Below are positions 1-11,593 of a DNA stretch of 64,000 nt, in pieces; the first letter of the stretch is position 1, and each line of letters starts with the position of its first letter. The stretch is from Pristiophorus japonicus. Its lineage: Eukaryota. Below the pieces are notes generated by a model. It had not been told where the DNA came from. It ran no database searches and saw only the letters and a list, made by a program, of their open reading frames with translations. Location: assembly GCF_044704955.1 (NCBI RefSeq), contig NC_091987.1:68324001-68388000 (forward strand), given 5' to 3'. The position numbers were made by a program, and so were the translations under genes.

Positions 1-161
1 AGAGAGTGCAGACATCTCATCTGAAAGACAGCACCTCCTGCAGTGCAGCGCTTTCTCAGTATTGCACTGGGGTGTCAGCCCAGATTATGTGCTCAAGTCT
101 GGAGAGGGATTTGAACCCACAACCTTCTGTCGCAGAGGTGAGAGTGTTACCAACTAAGCCA
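1..161 (-). mobile_element. tRNA-derived SINE, 5' part (Deu-domain/SacSINE1-like), cut by the window edge
   Basis: Reverse complement starts with a tRNA-like head (TGGCTTAGTTGGTAACACTCTC...GGTTGTGGGTTCAAATCCC, A/B boxes). Same sequence recurs at 49.3-49.7 kb and 53.5-53.9 kb. Confidence 0.7.
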
Positions 162-285
162 TTGGGAGAGACCATTTGGACCATCTCATTCTAATCGAGG
201 CACCTTTCAGATTCCAGGGCAAAATGTGTAATACATAACAGTGACTGTGCTGTACAGTGGCTACACAACCAAACATGTGCAAGTG

Positions 286-392
286 TAAATAAAATCAGAA
301 GATGCTGGAAAACAGCATCTGTGGAGAGAGAAACAGTTAATATTTCAGGTCAATAACCTTTCATCAGAAGTAGGCCGACGACCTTTTATCAA
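286..392 (-). mobile_element. Penelope-associated repeat fragment containing a minimal hammerhead ribozyme core
   Basis: Same arm sequence as the 1622-1745 hairpin. Minus strand 335-370 reads CTTCTGATGA-AAGGTTATTGACCT-GAAATATTAAC. Confidence 0.55.
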
Positions 393-1621
393 AAATGCAA
401 TTATAATCTTTGATCTGAGATTTACCTGAGTCTGTACCCTGGCACATTACTAAATCAGACAAGTTCCCTTATATTATGTACCATAACCTGCCTATTTGTT
501 CCCATATCCATGATGCCCAGCTGATCCAGTGCACCTTGGTCCCAGACCCAGGAATTTCTCCCCACAATTGTCGAAGTGCCAGCACGATGCACAGTGGTCA
601 CTCTCTGAAAACTGGAGCAAAACCTTCTGAAGTAAAAGCACCTGTAGCCATGCTTGTTGCTTACAGTTATATCATAAATATCCAGCATAGCTTGTACTTA
701 CAACTTACTTATAAATTAGGCCTCATTGAACCGGCAGTGAACTTAACATTGCAATCATTAACTGTCTTGTTTGAATATCACTGCACATTGGGTCATAAAG
801 TGAACAGCAGCTGTCTGAACCAAAACTGACAAAACGTTCTCACATAACATGAGTATAATGAATAAATGAAGAGTGATTTCAAGGCTGTGATAAGATCTTG
901 GTGTACTAAAGTTTCCGATTTCCAGTTTGAAACCATTTGAAACCATTGATGCTCTGCACTAGGAGAGCGATATTATAACATTTACCAGGTTATTAGCAAA
1001 AATATGTTATTTGTTGAAGCAACTTACTGATTGATCAAAGCAATGGTTGACAGCAATGGAATTTACAGACGTGTTCAAAGTATTGGATATATTGTAATCT
1101 GGTCGTAGGCAGAGATAGTATCCCGGTATTTACGGAGAGGTGGGGAGTGATCGGGAGAGGTGGGGAGGGGTCGGGAGGGGTGGGGAGGGCTGAACCCTGA
1201 CGAGGCTCGGGATGCAGAGGCACAGCCAAATTTAACAGCAGGAAGTTATAATCATTCTTTTCTTCCATCACCCACCTGGCAGCTGGCCAAATTGACAGGC
1301 TGATGTGGAGGGTTGATGCGATCACGGGAGGGGGGCAGGCTGCAGATCGGGGCTTGGGGTTGGGGGTGCGGCCGGTGATGGTGGCAGATGTGTACGCGTC
1401 GGGTTGCGGTTGAGGTTCACATTTTTTAGGGTTTAATCACTCTCCTGCACCCACCCCAACCCCACTCCCCCTCCGCACCCACCAACCCCCGGCTACCTCC
1501 CGCCCAATGTGTCACTTCGATGTACAAGTTTTCTTGAAATCAAGCAAAGTGAGATTTAAGCCAGCTAATCCACATACACTAATACAAAAGCAAAATACTG
1601 CTGATGTTGGAATCTGAAATA

Positions 1622-1745
1622 AAAACAGAAAATGCTGGAAATCTCAGCGGGTCAGGCAGCTTCTGTGGAGAGAAACTAAATTAACTCTGTTTCTCTCGCC
1701 ACAGCTGCTGCCTGACCCGCTGAGATTTCCAGCATTTTCTGTTTT
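1622..1745. repeat. Near-perfect inverted repeat (about 55-bp arms), foldback/MITE-like shark repeat
   Basis: AAAACAGAAAATGCTGGAAATCTCAGCGGGTCAGGCAGC...GAAAC pairs with GTTTC...GCTGCCTGACCCGCTGAGATTTCCAGCATTTTCTGTTTT. Degenerate copy at about 39440-39620. Confidence 0.85.
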
Positions 1746-2640
1746 AATCTGGATACAGTTATCAGTGTGTAAAATGGATTTACCAATGAACAGAGGCTCT
1801 ATGAGGAATGGGTAACCATTTTACAGAAGGAAGCGTATCAATCAGACATCCCAGAAGCAAACACCATCGACCCAGAGAAAGGTGAGCCGAGCATCCTGTG
1901 TCCGGATGAGGGAGATATTCTGCCGGCTGACCTTTGAGCTCAGTGAGGAGACATTCAGTGGTGGGGTGGTACTTTGAAAAAAAAATCAAAAATTAAAGAA
2001 TTGCATTAGACTTCGTTTCTTTATTGAATGTCTAGATTCCCATTCTAAGCAAGCCTATTGCGCATGCGCAGACCAGGGTCTGGTCCATACTAGGGGGTTG
2101 ACCTTAGGGAGAGAGAGAGGAAAGAAGGTATGAATGTTTACTTTTCTCCTGCTGTTTTGAGCTTCTTGCAAAGCTACAATTACATTATGGGGCCAATATT
2201 GACAATGCCATACCTTCTGCAAGGCTTCTGCATGATTGTGCTGCGGAGGAGAAGATTGATTAGATATCATCGCATGAGGAATCTCGGAGCACGTAGGATG
2301 ATGGGCAGGAGGCCTTACCCACATCGGGTATATCAGAGACAGGCATTCATACCTGCACCTGCGTGATGCAGGCTGTGTTAGAAGGTTGCGTTTCCACAAA
2401 TAAGTTGTAACCGAGAGCTGTGAGTTAATAAAAGCAGACCTGCACCCTAGAAGCGTCATGAAGACTGCTTTGTCAGTTGAATTAAAGGTTACAACTGCAC
2501 TTTCATTTTATACATCTGGATCATCCCAGGACACCACTGGGGATGCATGCGCCATTTCTCAACATGCAACACATGTCTGCATTTGGTAGGTGAATGCTGC
2601 ACTATATGCCCGGAGGAATGATTACATAAAGTTCCCCATG

Positions 2641-2858
2641 TGCCACGTGCTAGTCAGAGTAGGAATCGCAGGATAGCTCAGATGAATACGTGGCTTGAGC
2701 AATGGTGCAGCAGGGAGGGATTCAAATTCCTGGGGCATTGGAACCGGTTCTGGGGGAGGTGGGACCAGTACAATCCGGACGGTCTGCACCTGGGCAAAAT
2801 CGGAACCAATGTCCTCGGGGGAGTGTTTGCTAGTGCTGTTGGGGAGGAGTTAAACTAA
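2641..2858 (+). pseudogene. CR1 ORF1 C-terminal fragment (SGNH esterase-like domain)
   Basis: MNTWLEQWCSREGFKFLGHW...DGLHL, the DxxH block of CR1 ORF1 esterases. Confidence 0.8.
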
Positions 2859-2935
2859 TATGGCAGGGGGATGGGAACCAATGCAGGGAGATAGAGGGAA
2901 ACAAAAAGGAGGCAAAAACAAAAGACAGAAAGGAG

Positions 2936-5842
2936 ATGAGGAAAAGTGGAGGGCAGAGAAACCCAAGGCAAAGAACAAAAAGGGCCATTGTACAGCAAAA
3001 TTCTAAAAGGACAGAGGGTGTTAAAAAAACAAGCCTGAAGGCTTTGTGTCTTAATGCAAGGAGTATCCACAATAAGGTGGATGAATTAACTGTGCAAATA
3101 GATGTTAACAAATATGATGTGATTGGGATTACGGAGACGTGGCTCCAGGATGAGCAGGGCTGGGAACTCAACATCCAGGGGTATTCAACATTCAGGAAGG
3201 ATAGAATAAAAGGAAAAGGAGGTGGGGTAGCATTGCTGGTTAAGGAGGAGATTAAGGCAATAGTTAGGAAGGACATTGGCTTGGATGATGTGGAATCTAT
3301 ATGGGTAGAGCTGCAGAACACCAAAGGGCAAAAAACGTTAGTGGGAGTTGTGTACAGACCTCCAAACAATAGTAGTGATGTTGGGGAGGGCATCAAACAG
3401 GAAATTAGGGGTGCGTGCAATAAAGGTGCAGCAGTTATAATGGGTGACTTTAATATGCACATAGATTGGGCTAACCAAACTGGAAGCAATACGGTGGAGG
3501 AGGATTTTCTGGAGTGCATAAGGGATGGTTTTTTAGACCAATATGTCGAGGAACCAACTAGGGGGGAGGCCATCTTAGACTGGGTGTTATGTAATGAGAG
3601 AGGATTAATTAGCAATCTCGTTGTGCGAGGCCCCTTGGGGAAGAGTGACCATAATATGGTGGAATTCTGCATTGGGATGGAGAATGAAACAGTTAATTCA
3701 GAGACCATGGTCCAGAACTTAAAGAAGGCTAACTTTGAAGGTATGAGGCGTGAATTGGCTGGGATGGATTGGCGAATGATACTTAAGGGGTTGACTGTGG
3801 ATGGGCAATGGCAGACATTTAGAGACCGCATGGATGAACTACAACAATTGTACATTCCTGTCTGGCGTAAAAATAAAAAAGGGAAGGTGGCTCAACCGTG
3901 GCTATCAAGGGAAATCAGGGATAGTATTAAAGCCAAGGAAGTGGCATACAAATTGGCCAGAAATAGCAGCGAACCTGGGGACTGGGAGAAATTTAGAACT
4001 CAGCAGAGGAGGACAAAGGGTTTGATTAGGGCAGGGAAAATGGAGTATGAGAAGAAGCTTGCAGGGAACATTAAGACGGATTGCAAAAGTTTCTATAGAT
4101 ATGTAAAGAGAAAAAGGTTAGTAAAGACAAACGTAGGTCCCCTGCAGTCAGAATCAGGGGAAGTCATAACGGGGAACAAAGAAATGGCGGACCAATTGAA
4201 CAAGTACTTTGGTTCGGTATTCACTAAGGAGGACACGAACAACCTTCCGGTTATAAAAGGGGTCGGGGGGTCTAGTAAGGAGGAGGAACTGAGGGAAATC
4301 CTTATTAGCTGGGAAATTGTGTTGGGGAAATTGATGGGATTGAAGGCCGATAAATCCCCAGGGCCTGATGGACTGCATCCCAGAGTACTTAAGGAGGTGG
4401 CCTTGGAAATAGTGGATGCGTTGACAGTCATTTTCCAACATTCCATTGACTCTGGATCAGTTCCTATGGTGTGGAGGGTAGCCAATGTAACCCCACTTTT
4501 TAAAAAAGGAGGGAGAGAGAAAACAGGGAATTATAGACCGGTCAGCCTGACATCGGTAGTGGGTAAAATGATGGAATCAATTATTAAGGATGTCATAGCA
4601 GTGCATTTGGAAAGAGGTGACATGATAGGTCCAAGTCAGCATGGATTTGTGAAAGGGAAATCATGCTTGACAAATCTTCTGGAATTTTTTGAGGATGTTT
4701 CCAGTAGAGTGGATAAGGGAGAACCAGTTGATGTGGTATATTTGGACTTTCAGAAGGCGTTCGACAAGGTCCCACACAAGAGATTGATGTGCAAAGTTAG
4801 AGCACATGGGATTGGGGGTAGTGTACTGACATGGATTGAGAACTGGTTGTCAGACAGGAAGCAAAGAGTAGGAGTAAATGGGTACTTTTCAGAATGGCAG
4901 GCAGTGACTAGTGGGGTACCGCAAGGTTCTGTGCTGGGGCCCCAGCTGTTTACACTGTACATTAATGATTTAGATGAGGGGATTAAATGTAGTATCTCCA
5001 AATTTGCGGATGACACTAAGTTGGGTGGCAGTGTGAGCTGCGAGGAGGATGCTGTGAGGCTGCAGAGCGACTTGGATAGGTTAGGTGAGTGGGCAAATGC
5101 ATGACAGATGAAGTATAATGTGGATAAATGTGAGGTTATCCACTTTGGTGGTAAAAACAGAGAGACAGACTATTATCTGAATGGTGACAGATTAGGAAAA
5201 GGGGAGGTGCAAAGAGACCTGGGTGTCATGGTACATCAGTCATTGAAGGTTGGCATGCAGGTGCAGCAGGCGGTTAAGAAAGCAAATGGCATGTTGGCCT
5301 TCATAGCAAGGGGATTTGAGTACAGGGGCAGGGAGGTGCTGCTACAGTTGTACAGGGCATTGGTGAGGCCACACCTGGAGTATTGTGTACAGTTTTGGTC
5401 TCCTAACCTGAGGAAGGACATTCTTGCTATTGAGGAAGTGCAGCGAAGGTTCACCAGACTGATTCCCGGGATGGCGGGACTGACCTATCAAGAAAGACTG
5501 GATCAACTGGGCTTGTATTCGCTGGAGTTCAGAAGAATGAGAGGGGACCTCATAGAAACATTTAAAATTCTGACGGGGTTAGACAGGTTAGATGCAGGAA
5601 GAATGTTCCCAATGTTGGGGAAGTCCAGAACCAGAGGTCACAGTCTAAGGATAAGGGGTAAGCCATTTAGGACCGAGATGCGGAGGAACTTCTTCACCCA
5701 GAGAGTGGTGAACCTGTGGAATTCTCTACCACAGAAAGTTGTTGAGGCCAATTCACTAAATATATTCAAAAAGGAGTTAGATGAGGTCCTTACTACTAGG
5801 GGGATCAAGGGGTATGGCGAGAAAGCAGGAATGGGGTACTGA
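2936..5842 (+). pseudogene. CR1 ORF2 (APE endonuclease + reverse transcriptase) with one premature stop at 5102-5104
   Basis: APE motifs LNARS, GITETW, VYRPP, MGDFN, LDWV, SDHN. RT motifs [32 protein letters not shown]. ORFs 2936-5104 and 5108-5842 are in frame across WANA*QMKY. Confidence 0.95.
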
Positions 5843-6783
5843 AGTTGAATGTTCAGCCATGAACTCATTGAATGGCGGTGCAGGCTAGAAGGGCCGAATG
5901 GCCTACTCCTGCACCTATTTTCTATGTTTCTATGTTTCTATGTTTCTATGACCGTCCAGGTAAGGCGTGGCAGGGCTGTGGGCTTCTCCAGGATTGCTGG
6001 CTTCTTAAAGGTACAGGGCTGCATTGATTGTACCCACATCGCCTTGTGAGCACCTTTGGAGGATTCCGAGATATACAGGAACAGAAAAGGCTTCCACTCC
6101 GTTAATGGGCAGCTTGTCAGTGATGACATGCATCGCATCATGGCAGTTGATGCGAGATACCCGGGGAGCACCCATGATGTGTTCATCCTACACGAGAGCG
6201 CTATATCTGCTATGTTTCAGCAGCAGCCAGAAGGACAGAACTGGCTGCTGGGAGATAAAGGATACGGCCTTGCCACCTGGCTCATGAAGCCCCTAGGCGT
6301 AACCCGGATGGAAGCTGACCGGGAATACAACATGTCACACATTGCGATGCGCAGCATAATAGAGAGGACCATTGGCATCTTGAAGCAGCGTTTCCGAGTA
6401 CTTGCAATACTCCCATGAGATTGTCGGTCAGTTCACTGTTGTTTGCTGCATGCTGCGCAACTTAGCCATCATGAGGCAGCAGCAGCTGGTAGTAGAAGAC
6501 CCACCTGAGGTGAGAGGGGGTGATGATGAGGAGGAAGATGCAGATGATGATGATGAGGAGGAGGAGGACAAGGAAGCCATGCAACTACCTGAACCCGGAG
6601 CATGTCGGCGGAGAAGGGCAAGCCGTTTGCCCCTTTAACGATTGCTTGAGTCTTGCATCAGCAGCTCATCCGTGAACGCTTTGTTGCCTGAAGGCTCAGC
6701 GACAACTATTCTAAATGGATCATGTTTACTGTTTGGACCTGTCCGTAATGTTGTGTTGTGTTAATGGAAAAAATAATAGAAAT

Positions 6784-8125
6784 AAGAACATAGGAACATA
6801 GGAAATAGGAGCAGGAGTAGGCCATTTGGCCCCTCGAGCCTGCTCCGCCATTCAATAAGATCATGGCTAATTTGATCATGGACTCAGCTCCACTTCCCTG
6901 CCTGCTTCCCATAACCCTTTACTCCCTTATCGCTCAAAAATCTGTCTATTTCCGCCTTAAATATATTCAATGACCCAGTTTGCACAGCTCTCTGGTGCAG
7001 AGAATTGCATAGATTTACAACCCTCTGAGAGAAGAATTTTCTCCTCATCTCAGTTTTAAATGGGCGGCCCCTTATTCTAAGACTATGTCCCCTAGTTTTA
7101 GTTTCCCCTATGAGTGGAAATATCCTCTCTGCATCCACCTTGTCGAGCCCGCTCATTATCTTATATGTTTCAATAAGATCACCTCTCATTCTTCTGAACT
7201 CCAATGAGTATAATCCCAACCTATTCAACCTATCTTCATAAGTCAACCCCCTCATCTCCGGAATCAATCAAGTGAACCTTCTCCGAACAGCCTCCAGTGC
7301 AAGTATATCCTTCCTTACATACGGAGACCAAAACTATATGCAGTACTCCAGGTGTGGCCTCACCAATACCCTGTACAGTTGTAGCAGGACTTCTCTGCTT
7401 TTATACTCTATCCCCCTTGCAATAAAGGCCAACATTCCATTTGCCTTCCTGATTACTTGCTGTACCTGCATACAAACATTTTGTGTTTCATGCACAAGGC
7501 CAGGTCTCTCTGTACTGCAGCACTTTGCAATTTTTCTCCATTTAAATTATAATTTCCTTTTCTATTATTTCTGCCAAAGTGGATAACCTCACATTTTCCC
7601 ACATTAAACTCCATCTGCCAAATTTCTGCTCATTCACTTAGCCTGTCTATATCCCTTTGCAGATTTTTTGTGTCCTCCTCACAATTTGCTTTCCCATCCA
7701 TCTTTGTATCATCAGCAAACTTGGCTACATTACACTCGGTCCCTTCATCCAAGTCATTAATATAGAGTGTAAATAGTTGAGGACCCAGCACCAATCCCTG
7801 TGGCACCCCACTAGTCACTGTTTGCCAACTGGAAAATTACCCATTTATCCCGACTCTCTTTTCTGTTAATTAGCCAATCCTCTATCCATGCTAATATATT
7901 ATCCCAAATCCCATGAGCTTTTATATTGTGCAGTAACCTCTTATGTGGCACCTTATCGAATGTCTTCTGGAAATCCAAATACACCACATCCACTGGGTCC
8001 CCCTTATCCACCCTGCTTGTTACATCCTCAAAGAACTCCAGCAAATTTGTCAAACATGATTTCCCTTTCATAAAACCATGCTGACTCTGCTTGATTGAAT
8101 CATGCTTTTCCAAATGTCTCGCTAC
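6784..8125 (-). mobile_element. CR1 LINE 3' fragment (RT C-terminal half), frameshifted
   Basis: [35 protein letters not shown] on the minus strand. Tail repeat (CCTATGTT)n at 6784-6805. Confidence 0.93.
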
Positions 8126-8269
8126 TGATTCTTCTTTAGTTCAAAAAGTTGTGTTAATAATGGAACAAATAATGGAAATGATTCAGTTATAATTTAAAAT
8201 ATATTTTATTCAAAAGTGCAACACTTGTTTGTACTTAATTTAACTTTAATAAAAATATTCTTGTATCAA

Positions 8270-8345
8270 ACTTTAAAGTTTTCAGTTAAGATCACTTACA
8301 AGCTTTAAGATCACTTAAAAACTTTAAGATCACTTACAAACTTTT
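8270..8345. repeat. Tandem repeat of about 19 bp (AACTTTAAGATCACTTAC) between the convergent Harbinger genes
   Basis: Three to four imperfect copies visible. Confidence 0.7.
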
Positions 8346-8394
8346 AAACTTGTAAATTTACATCCCTTACAAAAAACTTTAAATTTGAAAACAG

Positions 8395-10174
8395 TTATAA
8401 CAGTAACAAGAATAATAACAACAACAGCAGCAGCAGCGGCAAAGAAAGGCTGCACCTATCTCTCCTCCACCTTATTCTAAGACTGCCCTCTGCGCTTGGT
8501 CTTGGTGACTCCACCCCTGCCCGCAGGCGGTGGCGCAGCATTTCTTGGGTTGGTACCAAGTTTATTCTTTCGAGCATCTCAGGTAATGCGCACTTCTTAA
8601 TGGGGCCGTGGGCAGGCGGTAATGTGGAAGGCCCGGTTTCGGCCTCTTCAGAGGCTGGTCTGGGGATTGGAGTGGAGTGGCAGTTGATTCCATCAATGGC
8701 CACGGGGTCTGGGCCTGTTCTCTTATTGCAGCAGCTATCTCCGACATTCCCTCCCTCATGTGACCCAACAGTGTCTCAACTACCTGCAACATTCCCTCCC
8801 TCATGTTCACCGACAGTGTATCAGATACCTGCAACATTCCCTCCCTCATGTGCCCGGACAGTGTTTCCATTTCTCGAGAGAGTGTTGTTACTTCTCCCGA
8901 CAGTCCCAATCCCTCATCACCCACCCCACTGATGGTGTCCAGGAGTGATCCCGTAAGCTCAATGCTCTCCCCACTCATTGCCATCATCTGAACCACATCT
9001 GTTACATCCTGCATCTCAGGAGAGCGCTGTCGAGCTCTCCTTCCGCTCCTCACCCTGGGTGTGGGTGTGGCTCGCTGCATTCCACTGGTACCCACAGCCT
9101 CGGATGGTGGGGCCTTGGATGTGCCTTGCTGCACCCTACTGGAACCTGCGGCCTCGGACTGTGCGAACTGTAGCAGTCAGAAAAGGGGCTGGCACCTCAA
9201 TGGGTGGCACCTGCACCTCCTCCAGAGTGAGTACAACAGTGGGGGCTTCATCCTCTCCCTCCCCTTGCCCCTCTCCCTCCCCCTCCCGCTCACCATGTAT
9301 GCTCTTGGTCTAGAAGGTGGGATTGGAAGATGTTCTCCTCTTCAGGCTCGTCCATGTCTGAATCTTCTTCTGCATCAGCTTCAGCCTCATCAGGGTTTGC
9401 CTCAAGTTCTGCAAAATATAACAGAACAGACAACTGGTTAGCAGCAGACGAGGGGGCAGGATGGCATGAGTAGGCTCACACAGCACAGGCGGGAGGCTGA
9501 TTTGAAGGACCATGATGAATGATAGCACATTGCATTAACCGAAGCCTGGCTGACGGAGACATCCCCATGAACCAAAGCATGGCTAGCCCGTGCAGTACTT
9601 AACTTTTAGCAAATCCAGAATGTGGAATTTGCAGGACTTACCCTTTCCCTCGAGTGTGGGCCCAGTTTGTACAGTGGTGGTTGCTTTTCTCCAGGCAGGA
9701 CCCATCAAAGCAACGACCCTGTCTTCCCAGGGTGTCAGTGGCTGCAGATTTGCCTAGCCTCCTCCTGTTCGAGTTCTTTCCCTTTTATTGTGTGCCGCCT
9801 TCCTCCACAAAGATGAAAATATTACTTTTTAGAGAGGGTGTCTTTCTGCTGGGACATACAGATGGTCACATTTACAATTGCAATTCCAGTAAGTAAATGA
9901 AAATATTACTCACACTAATTACTTGACCAAGTTCCTGCCACTTCTTTTTGCACTGGCCTCCAGACCTCGGGGTGGTCACCATTGCACAGTAATCTCCTGA
10001 AAGTTGGTTCCGGCGTTTCTTCATTTCTTTTGGTGAAACTTTTATATGACCACCGCTGATGTCCAGCTCGTGCCATCTGCCCTCAATCACAGTAACTCGT
10101 GCCTCCACTTTGTCCTGTAAGAAATTCTTGGTCCTTGAGCCGTGTTGCATATTACAGCTCTGATTTTTTTCCAC
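8395..10174 (-). pseudogene. Harbinger Myb/SANT-like DNA-binding gene, three exons (about 10174-9914, 9810-9642, 9409-8400)
   Basis: PRSGGQCKKKWQEL trihelix motif then GTGAGT donor. Exon 2 AHNKRERTRTGGG then GTAAGT donor. TTTGCAG acceptor near 9410. Confidence 0.8.
8738..8865 (-). repeat. 45-bp coding tandem repeat x3 (TLSGHMREGMLQVSD-like)
   Basis: ACATTCCCTCCCTCATGT recurs at 45-bp spacing, in frame in ORF 8562-9134. Confidence 0.85.
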
Positions 10175-10639
10175 TGAGAATTAAAGTTCTTACACACAAC
10201 TGGCTCTTTAAAAATGGCAAAATGCAGACTGGGAGCTGTACTGGGCATGTGCCCATAGCAGTCGCGAAAGGGGAGCATCCTTTTTTCGGTGCAGACAGTA
10301 GGCTCCGCCCCCTGAAGCTAAAGAACAGGCTGCGTGATGCCAATTTAAAAAATTAGAACGGGGAAACTTTCAAATTTTTTTTGAGTAGTCGGGACCAAAA
10401 AAACAGGCCTAACTCTTAAAAACGGCATTGGGGGAAATTGAGCCCATAGACTGTAATCTATCCAATAGACTGGATATCAAATGCTATTAACTTGTCAATT
10501 ATATGAGAAGTTTAATCCTACATTATTCTCATCAATCTCTATCAGTCTCAGACACTGATAATCAGCAATTCAGGTAATGCTGATTTACTGTGACATCCTC
10601 AAACTGCCTTTGTAACCTCTGTTACTCAAACTGCTAGGT

Positions 10640-10945
10640 TCTTAATTGGCTGTTAAACTCTTTGGGAAGTCCTGAGGTTATGAAAGGTGCTACATAAATT
10701 CAAGTTATTTTTTCCGTTCTTTTACACATATGCACTTCATTACAGCTCAATGTGTAGCATTCTCTCCTCTGAATGGTGGGTTCAAGCTCCAAATCTTCAA
10801 CACATAATCTAAGCTGTCACTTCAGTCAAGAATTACTGCTGCATTTTTGGCTGTGCTATCTATTGGATGAGCCATTAAACTCAGGATCTGTCTCCCTGCT
10901 CTACTGGTTCCGATGGACATTAAAGATCTCATGACATTATTTAAA
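10640..10945 (+). mobile_element. Degenerate SINE fragments (Deu-type tail followed by a tRNA-like head)
   Basis: Similar to the SINE copies at 49.3 and 53.5 kb. Confidence 0.5.
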
Positions 10946-11512
10946 GCAAGTCAAGGGGTTGGGCTGGTTGTCCGTGTCCTCTTTGTGCTGTAAATATCCT
11001 GGTGGATCATTTATGACAGAAATGCCACTAGTGGAGGTTCCATTTTAATAGTCTCTTCTGTTCAGAAAGTCAAATATTTTTCAGATTAATAGCCACAATG
11101 TAAGCTTGAGAGCAAAATGTTCTATGACCCTGTGCTCCCAGTGGGGCCTTGCATGCAGCAGCCTCCTTATTGGAGAATTGCTGGTGCACTCCATGTGCTT
11201 TTGTGTCCATAGAAAACACTAGATGGAAAATTGGAGGCAGTGCCCTTCTGATTTTTGACAAACCATCTACTGGGTGTGCAGCATCTTGTAAAACTTTCCC
11301 CTCAATATCAGCTTCTATTTGTACCTTTTATAAAAAAATCTCCAGGCGTTCACAAGCAACAGGGGTGCAGCTACAGCTGACAAGGCTTTGCCACTCTTTG
11401 TTTTAACTTTAGTTATTAAATGTACTCGTCAAGATAATGATTGACAGTATGGGGAGTAGAATCAATGAGTGGCACTTTAAAATCAGACCAAATACTGAGC
11501 CTCAGCTGTATT

Positions 11513-11593
11513 AAGACTATCGTGTGATGATCTCACCCTGCCTTGGATCAGCAGAACAATTGAGAGAAATGCTATACTGTAAAATCAAGTGTA
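11513..11593 (+). repeat. 81-bp direct repeat, copy 1 (copy 2 at 25135-25215)
   Basis: AAGACTaTCgTGTGATGATCTCACCCTGCCTTGGAtCAGCAGAACAATTGAGAGAAATGcTATACTgTAAAATCAAGTGTA, few mismatches between copies. Confidence 0.85.

Larger units (their letters stand above)
2641..5950 (+). mobile_element. CR1 LINE, 5'-truncated inside ORF1, near-intact ORF2
   Basis: ORF1 C-terminus, ORF2, 3' stem-loop region and (TTTCTATG)n tail. ATG duplicated or shared as microhomology at the junctions. Confidence 0.95.
2187..6691 (+). pseudogene. Harbinger (HARBI1-like) DDE transposase, split by CR1 (parts 2187-2640 and 5951-6691), with stops and frameshifts
   Basis: Motifs GCIDCTHI, YRNRKGFHS, YPGSTHD, LLGDKGY, IIERTIGILKQRF and an acidic C-terminal tail. 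Frame KFPM|TVQVRRG is restored by removing the LINE. Confidence 0.9.
2050..10445 (+). mobile_element. PIF/Harbinger DNA transposon 1 (decayed; left TIR not found), carrying two CR1 insertions
   Basis: Convergent HARBI1-like transposase (+) and Myb/SANT gene (-). Right end GGGGGAAATTGAGCCC followed by ATA. Left boundary approximate. Confidence 0.8.

Noticed and set aside
100-161. tRNA-like sequences here and at 49630-49695 and 53860-53915
   Set aside because: SINE heads continuous with the SINE body; no complete cloverleaf.
488-1885. Possible exons of a neighbouring gene (about 490-627 minus; about 1760-1881 plus, ending AAG|GTGAGC)
   Set aside because: Splice-like signals exist but the translations match nothing I recognise, and one frame has an upstream stop.
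2830-3855. 341-aa antisense ORF and many similar minus-strand ORFs over LINEs and LTR elements
   Set aside because: Shadows of RT/endonuclease coding frames with no independent motifs.
11523-11593. Possible C/D snoRNA (GTGATGA box C) in the 81-bp duplicate
   Set aside because: No terminal CTGA box D or closing stem.
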